DNA from: Escherichia phage A4
Direction: 5' to 3' (one strand)
Length of the DNA: 64,000 nucleotides
Sequence record: ON286972
A program made the position numbers and the translations under genes. The notes under the pieces were generated by a model. The model was not told the DNA's origin. It searched no databases and worked only from the letters and a program-made list of their open reading frames with translations. Positions 58,571 to 64,000 of the stretch are shown here, piece by piece. Every line of letters starts with the position of its first letter. The first letter of the stretch is position 1.

Positions 58571-59092
58571 ATGAACTATAATCAATTATCACAAGAAGAT
58601 ACTGATATTTGGCTAAAGAACGTAAACAATACGTTGGAACTTGTGCGACAATGTATTTCGGAAGCTGACCGTGTATCAGACGAAGCTAAAGAAAAAACAT
58701 ACAAACACTTTCACCGTAATATCTTCATGAAAATTTATGCACTTACTATGTATAATATGTACAAACCATCTGATATTTTTATTGGGTTGTATAGTGGGGC
58801 GATGTTCACATTAGGTGGGATTTTTTCAGATACTGGTCGTACATTAGAACAAAACGAAAAAGATGTTATCGTGGCAGTTGATAAGATTATGAATAAGGAA
58901 GTGGATTTCATTCTGGAAATCGTTCGTTGCTGGAATGTTTATAGCTCAAAACCATTTGACATTACACAGAAAGATATAGTAGACTATATGCGTATTTTAC
59001 GTACACATCAGATCTGTAAAGAACTATTAACCAATTTAGGGACATATGATGAAACATACAACGTGGTTGAAGATAGCCAGTGTCGTTGCTGA
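58571..59092 (+). CDS. hypothetical protein
   Basis: ORF-track ORF; 3' end overlaps cd start. Confidence 0.45.
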   Translation: MNYNQLSQEDTDIWLKNVNNTLELVRQCISEADRVSDEAKEKTYKHFHRNIFMKIYALTMYNMYKPSDIFIGLYSGAMFTLGGIFSDTGRTLEQNEKDVIVAVDKIMNKEVDFILEIVRCWNVYSSKPFDITQKDIVDYMRILRTHQICKELLTNLGTYDETYNVVEDSQCRC

Positions 59093-59528
59093 GGAAAGTA
59101 AGTGTCTTTCCCAGAAAGTAGGTTGTGTTATTGTAAAGAATAACCGAGTATTGAGTACTGGATATAACGGTACACCATCAAAGCAACCTAACTGTTGTGA
59201 TGTTAATAAACATCTCGTAAACAATGGTCAGTTTCAGGATTGGATTGATGAAGATGCAAAACACTTACATCACGAGTGGAGCAACATTCATGAGATCCAT
59301 GCGGAAATGAATGCATTACTATATAGTTCACCACAAGAACGTCAGGGTGCAACACTTTACACCACACTCCAACCGTGCTATACTTGTTCTAAGTTAATCG
59401 CTGGTAGTGGTATTTCTCGTGTAATTTACGAAAAATCGTATCCTCGCACTCCACCAGAAGCTATTAAAGTACTGGAAGATGCTGGGATTATTGTAAATTG
59501 TATCTATGATAATGGACTCAATAAATGA
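59046..59528 (+). CDS. cd: dCMP deaminase
   Basis: Zinc-binding HAEMNAL and PCYTCSK motifs of the cytidine/dCMP deaminase family. Confidence 0.9.
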   Translation: MMKHTTWLKIASVVAEESKCLSQKVGCVIVKNNRVLSTGYNGTPSKQPNCCDVNKHLVNNGQFQDWIDEDAKHLHHEWSNIHEIHAEMNALLYSSPQERQGATLYTTLQPCYTCSKLIAGSGISRVIYEKSYPRTPPEAIKVLEDAGIIVNCIYDNGLNK

Positions 59529-59785
59529 CAATGGTATATTTGTTTCTAGGTTGTATTGTTATATTTGTATTGTTTGCTATCTATTGTTTAGTTGATACTG
59601 ATTATTCAATGCGTGGTAATAAGAATTATCAAGTACGTTTTTCCCCGCATAATAACAAGTACTACATTGTGAATGTTAGCCACACTACTGGTCGTGAAAT
59701 GAAAGTAACTGGTAGATTTGGCTTTACAATTTACTATGATAACCAAATTGATGTTGATTATGTTGTTGAAAAGTTAAATAAATGA
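59525..59785 (+). CDS. small membrane protein
   Basis: N-terminal hydrophobic helix MVYLFLGCIVIFVLFAIYCLV. Confidence 0.5.
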   Translation: MTMVYLFLGCIVIFVLFAIYCLVDTDYSMRGNKNYQVRFSPHNNKYYIVNVSHTTGREMKVTGRFGFTIYYDNQIDVDYVVEKLNK

Positions 59786-59786
59786 G

Positions 59787-59812
59787 AAAAGGAGCCTATG
59801 GCTCCTTTTTTA
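59787..59812. terminator. bidirectional rho-independent terminator at convergent gene junction
   Basis: A-run, stem GGAGCC-tat-GGCTCC, T-run; sits between + strand block and minus-strand genes. Confidence 0.65.
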
Positions 59813-60187
59813 TTATGCTTTTTTACGTAGGATGTATTGTCCATTATGTAATTTAATTTTGTGAATCATGTACATAGTGCAAAACCCTTCAATACCTGCT
59901 TCTTCATCTTTCAATTTAATGAAGAAAGTATTATCTCTTAGGCTTTCTACAAGGCTTTCATCTGAATCTTCGAAATTCATGATATATGAATCTTTATTTC
60001 TATACACCATCTGAACATATTCATAAACCTTACCGCTTTCATCGATTAGATCATAAGTATGTGCTGAACGTTGTTTTAAAATATATAGTTTACCAAGAAT
60101 AGCTGCTCCATTAATTTTAGCACCAGTAATTTCGATACCATTAATAGAAAAAGGAAGTCTTCCGGTTAATGCAATTGGTTTACCCAT
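59813..60187 (-). CDS. hypothetical protein, paralog of the N-terminal domain of the Big_2 protein
   Basis: MGKPIALTGRLPFSINGIEITGAKINGAAILGKLYILKQRS.. aligns with N-termini of 60245..62413 and 62517..63020; start at internal Met. Confidence 0.55.
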   Translation of the reverse strand: MGKPIALTGRLPFSINGIEITGAKINGAAILGKLYILKQRSAHTYDLIDESGKVYEYVQMVYRNKDSYIMNFEDSDESLVESLRDNTFFIKLKDEEAGIEGFCTMYMIHKIKLHNGQYILRKKA

Positions 60188-60244
60188 TATTATACTTCTC
60201 CAAGTAAAGTGCATGATAATTTTCATGCACTATATTATTAAAAA

Positions 60245-62413
60245 TTAAGCACTGATTGTTACAGTTGCAGTATCAGTTTTATTGCCATTCGCAGTAGTCA
60301 CTGTAATGACTACAGTACCTTCTTCTAGAGCAGTTACTAATCCATCATCACTAATAGATACTTTAGTAGGTTCATCTGCACTATAAGTTACTGATTTGTT
60401 AGTTGCGTTAGCTGGAAGAACTTCTGGAACTAGTTGAACTGTTTTAGTACCTGATAGTGAAAGATCAGTGGCTTTAGGTGTTAAACCAACGCTGGATACT
60501 GGTACTGGAATATTAACAGTTACAGCACATTTTGCAGTTTTTGCACCATCAGTAGTTTTTACAGTGATATCAGCAGTACCGTTTGCAACAGCAGTGATTA
60601 AACCACTTGCACTAACAGTTGCGACCCCAGCAGCAGAAGTACTATAAGTTACTGCTTTGTTAGTTGCATTAGCTGGTAGTACAGTTGGTGTTAGTTGTTG
60701 AGTTGCACCAACAGATGTTAAAGTTGCTGTTGTTGGAGAAACAGAAACACTAGCTACAGGAACTGGGATTGACACAGTAATGACACCTTGACCTGTTTTA
60801 CCACTTCCATCAGCGGCAGTTGCGATAATGTTTGCAGTACCGTTAGTTAACGCAGTTACAACACCAGTACTAGCATCAACTTTCGCTACAGCAGGTGCAC
60901 TAGAAGACCATGTTACAGCTTTATTAGTTGCGTTAGCTGGAAGAACTTCAGCAGCCATTGCTTGAGTTGCGTTAACAGCAGTCAATGTTTTAGTTGCTGG
61001 AGTAACATTAATAGTTGTTACTGGAACTGGAATTGCTACAGTTACTGCACAAACTTTACTAAAGCCACCATCAGCAGTAGTAGCCGTGATATTAGCAGTG
61101 CCATTCGCTACCGCAGTGATTAAACCACTTGTACTAACGGTTGCAACACCAGCAGCAGAAGTTGCGTATGTTACTGCTTTGTTACGAGCATTAGCTGGTA
61201 GAACAGTTGCAGTTAATTGCTGTGTTGCACCAACAGAAGTTAATGAAGCGGTTGCAGGTGTTAGGTTAATACCAGTTACTGGAATCGTCACATCAATAAT
61301 TGATTGTGCGGTTTTTTCACCATCAATAGTTGTTACTGTAATAGTGGCAGTACCATTATTAACAGAAGTTACTAAACCGTCATCATCAACTTCTGCTACT
61401 GTAGGTGCAGAAGATTCATAACGAACTTCCTGATTTGATGCAGTTCTTGGTAGTACCGTTGCTGTTAATGGTTCATTTGCACCAATAGTAGTGAATGTAT
61501 ATGTTTCAGGTGTTAACGTAACACCAGTTACTGCTGTTTGAACTTTAATAGAAGAAGTATCAGTAAATGAACCATCTTCAGTTGTTGCAGTAATAGTAAC
61601 ATCACCATTGGATACACCTGTTACCAACCCAGAATCTTTATCAACTGTTGCAACGGATGGAGCAGATGAAGCCCATGTAACTTTCTTGTCTGTTGCTGAG
61701 GCCGGAGTAACTTCAGCTAACAATTGTTGAGTTGCCCCAACGTTTACAGTTGCAGTTTTAGGAGAAACGGTAACACCAGTAACACCAGTACTGACAACGA
61801 TAGAACACACATCTGTGAAATCACCATCGTGAGTTGTTACGGTTACATCAGCATTGCCATTTGCAAGTGCAGTTGCTAGACCTGTTTGAGCATCAACTTC
61901 AACGATTGTAGGAGCAGATGAAGAGTAGGTTACTGCCTTGTCTTTTGCATTAGATGGAACTACTTGGGCTGATAGTTGTTTTGTTGCACCAACTTTAAGA
62001 GATGCATCTTTGGGTGTAATTACAACACCAGTTACGGGGACATCAGCATTAACATAATCGCGTTTTACGATACGACCATTATTTAATTTAATAACACGAC
62101 CCATATAAAGCATAGTATATCCCATGCTAATACCATCATCAACATAGATCATGAATGAATTGTCTTGAACCATATTAATTGCGTCTGCTGGTTCAACAGA
62201 ATTTGGAATGTCGATACCACGAGTATCATACCAACGCATGGAAACTTTGTAATAGATATCACCATTATCATTGATGAGATCATACACGTTACCGGAACGT
62301 TGACGGTTAATATATAAAGTTTCGGTTAACACCTTACCATCGATTTTAGCGACGGAAACTTTAATACCACCAATACCAAAAGGCAATTTACCTTCACTAG
62401 ATATTGCTTTCAT
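60245..62413 (-). CDS. Ig-like (Big_2) repeat protein with unique N-terminal domain, likely virion-associated
   Basis: ~125-aa N-terminal domain followed by ~7 repeats of ~80 aa (..GATQQL.A.VLPANATNKAVTY.SSA..VA.V..SGL.TAVANGTA.IT..); TATAAATA upstream. Confidence 0.75.
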   Translation of the reverse strand: MKAISSEGKLPFGIGGIKVSVAKIDGKVLTETLYINRQRSGNVYDLINDNGDIYYKVSMRWYDTRGIDIPNSVEPADAINMVQDNSFMIYVDDGISMGYTMLYMGRVIKLNNGRIVKRDYVNADVPVTGVVITPKDASLKVGATKQLSAQVVPSNAKDKAVTYSSSAPTIVEVDAQTGLATALANGNADVTVTTHDGDFTDVCSIVVSTGVTGVTVSPKTATVNVGATQQLLAEVTPASATDKKVTWASSAPSVATVDKDSGLVTGVSNGDVTITATTEDGSFTDTSSIKVQTAVTGVTLTPETYTFTTIGANEPLTATVLPRTASNQEVRYESSAPTVAEVDDDGLVTSVNNGTATITVTTIDGEKTAQSIIDVTIPVTGINLTPATASLTSVGATQQLTATVLPANARNKAVTYATSAAGVATVSTSGLITAVANGTANITATTADGGFSKVCAVTVAIPVPVTTINVTPATKTLTAVNATQAMAAEVLPANATNKAVTWSSSAPAVAKVDASTGVVTALTNGTANIIATAADGSGKTGQGVITVSIPVPVASVSVSPTTATLTSVGATQQLTPTVLPANATNKAVTYSTSAAGVATVSASGLITAVANGTADITVKTTDGAKTAKCAVTVNIPVPVSSVGLTPKATDLSLSGTKTVQLVPEVLPANATNKSVTYSADEPTKVSISDDGLVTALEEGTVVITVTTANGNKTDTATVTISA
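60250..62040 (-). repeat. tandem Ig-like domain repeats within the Big_2 gene
   Basis: Recurrent stretches such as cagcagcagaagt and tactgctttgtta in successive units. Confidence 0.6.
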
Positions 62414-62449
62414 ATACTTTCCTTTATAAATTGTATTGTAGTGTTATAT

Positions 62450-62457
62450 TATTTATA
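62450..62457 (-). promoter_or_regulatory. T4 late-promoter-like TATAAATA box
   Basis: Reverse complement of + strand TATTTATA, ~40 nt upstream of the Big_2 start. Confidence 0.35.
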
Positions 62458-62481
62458 TTATACCAAAAGTATTTTAGGATT

Positions 62482-62503
62482 AAAAAAGGAGTCCGAAGAC
62501 TCC
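62482..62503 (-). terminator. rho-independent terminator for the upstream minus-strand gene
   Basis: Stem GGAGTC-cgaa-GACTCC with A6 on + strand (T-run on minus) just 3' of the gene ending at 62517. Confidence 0.55.
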
Positions 62504-62516
62504 TTAAAATATAAAG

Positions 62517-63020
62517 TTATTGGAAACGAGCATACGGTGGAAATCTGGTTTGGTCAGGCCAATCTTTCGGAGAGAAGTAAGCAGTGAATTGCATTTTATC
62601 ATTTGAATAAAGAACAAAATCATCTGGCTTTATTATAACTTTAGACAACGAATTTGGCTCCACGTTCGTTCTTCTGAAAATTATTTCACCATTATGTAAT
62701 TTTATTTTATTACTTTGATATTGAATACCAAAACCATACTTATTATTAATAGCATCAGCTTCTTTTATGCAAAATGTATTATTTGCTAAAGATTTAGCAA
62801 TTTCAGCATCGTCATCATCATACTACAATGTTGATTTATCTTTATTTCTACCTGTGATTTTTATCTTGAAATTTTCAGATATTAAATCATATGAATCGAA
62901 TGTTCTTTGTTTTATAACATACAATTCTTTAACAAATACTTGCCCTTCTATCTTTGCAGCAGTAACCTGCAATCCACCTATAACAAATGGAAATTGATCT
63001 AAGCCAGCTATTGGTTTCAT
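62517..63020 (-). pseudogene. paralog of Big_2 N-terminal domain, interrupted by in-frame amber (TAG) codon
   Basis: Track ORF 62823..63020 stops at TAG (+ strand 62823-62825); same frame continues to TAA at 62517-62519 and stays collinear with paralog 59813..60187 across the stop. Confidence 0.55.
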
Positions 63021-63154
63021 AACATCTCCTTACCTTAAAAATGGGATTGTAAACTGCCTCCCAATATGATACCATAGTTCAAATGGTCAATTGGTAAATC
63101 AATGAACTTAACAAAAACACTTGATACTACAGTCATAATTGTTCAGTTTTGCAC

Positions 63155-63183
63155 TTGACATAATTGATCAATTATTGTACTAT
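63155..63183 (+). promoter_or_regulatory. sigma70-like promoter (TTGACA-17-TACTAT)
   Basis: Hexamers in divergent intergenic region upstream of 63219. Confidence 0.35.
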
Positions 63184-63218
63184 TATTTATGTTCCTTAAC
63201 TCAAATCCGAGGTAATCA

Positions 63219-63824
63219 ATGAAACGAATCTTGAAAGAGATTGTACAAACCGTTGTTTTAATCGCTGCATTAAACTTTCCGGCAGCGGCAGAAGTTTCAA
63301 AAAAATCATCAGTTTTTCTATTAAATGAACATGTTGTGTCAATTGATGGTGAACTAAATGATGAAACTGTACAAGAAGTGAAGAAGTTGTGGAAAGAAAC
63401 AAGATTTAAAATTTTAACAATTACATCACCTGGTGGAGATTTTGATGCAGGATTAGATTTGGGATTGTTTGTGGCTGCTAAAAAGTTAACTGTTTATGTC
63501 CCAAAGCAATGTAATTCGTCTTGTAGTCTGGTTTTTTTCTCTGCATCATCTGAACGTAGGGATATGAGTGATACCGCAGTGATGGGTTTACATAACATCT
63601 CACTAGTATCTACGAATGGTGCAGATCCAGATACGACATTCGTTTCAGTTAGACAGTTGATGGAGTTTACACATCAAGTCTCAACTAAAGTTGGGTATCT
63701 TTTTACACTGTACGCACATAACGGTATCCCCGCTGAAACACTCATTGATATCAGTACTAAACATGGTGAGGATATCGTTGTCTTACGAAGAACAGATCTA
63801 GTTAAATGGGGAATTATTCAATAA
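63219..63824 (+). CDS. secreted ClpP/SppA-fold serine-peptidase-like protein
   Basis: Signal-peptide-like N-terminus (..VVLIAALNFPAAAEV); core ILTITSPGGDFDAGLDLGLF..CNSSCSLVFFSAS resembles the ClpP/S49 fold. Confidence 0.55.
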   Translation: MKRILKEIVQTVVLIAALNFPAAAEVSKKSSVFLLNEHVVSIDGELNDETVQEVKKLWKETRFKILTITSPGGDFDAGLDLGLFVAAKKLTVYVPKQCNSSCSLVFFSASSERRDMSDTAVMGLHNISLVSTNGADPDTTFVSVRQLMEFTHQVSTKVGYLFTLYAHNGIPAETLIDISTKHGEDIVVLRRTDLVKWGIIQ

Positions 63825-63950
63825 AAGTTGTATTTTTTATGAAGCAATGATATAATCCTAATACTAATTCATGATTTTGGTTAAGGGTGGTGTACTGCCA
63901 CCCGATTTTAAGATATAATGGTTGCACATTAAACAACCAAGGAAACAAAA

Positions 63951-64000
63951 AATGACAGAATTATCACATCTTCAAGGCTGGACAGAGTTCATCTTCTATG
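63951..64000 (+). CDS. hypothetical protein (3' partial at window edge)
   Basis: ATG 63951 after AAGGAAA; frame open to window end. Confidence 0.3.

Noticed and set aside
62421-62430. TATAAAT on the + strand near 62424 as a late promoter for a + strand gene
   Set aside because: No + strand gene follows until 63219; the TATAAATA on the opposite strand (62450-62457) upstream of the Big_2 gene is the more plausible functional copy.
1-64000. CRISPR array or direct-repeat/spacer organisation
   Set aside because: No regularly spaced short direct repeats seen; the repeats present are protein-coding paralogs and Ig-domain units.

Overview
This window reads as an accessory/early region of a large, AT-rich T4-like dsDNA phage. 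Genes run almost entirely on the + strand up to ~59.8 kb, meet three minus-strand genes at a bidirectional terminator, and diverge again at ~63.1 kb. Recognisable genes, called by motif recall rather than database search: RNA ligase 1 (KxDG), polynucleotide kinase/phosphatase (Walker A), ATP-dependent DNA ligase, dCMP deaminase, a ClpP-type peptidase, two calcineurin-like phosphoesterases, a phage Dam-type N6-adenine methyltransferase (NPPY), a NadM-type NMN adenylyltransferase, and an Ig-like (Big_2) repeat protein. Most of the window is tandem paralog arrays: about 50 genes sharing a C-terminal 'EExYFQxS(T/L)(V/I/L)(Y/H)' motif, about 23 small genes sharing a '(Y/F)(I/V)GK' motif, and smaller families. 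The main candidates for something new are a phage-encoded methyl-accepting chemotaxis protein with a 6-7-helix membrane domain, the paralog hyper-expansion itself, a strong over-representation of AGTAC(T/A) in all reading frames, a ~640-bp ORF-free GC-richer region flanked by homing-endonuclease-like genes, and an in-frame amber codon inside a conserved domain. Family counts and k-mer frequencies are by-eye estimates. Hairpin, promoter and adjusted-start coordinates are hand-read and may be off by a few nt.
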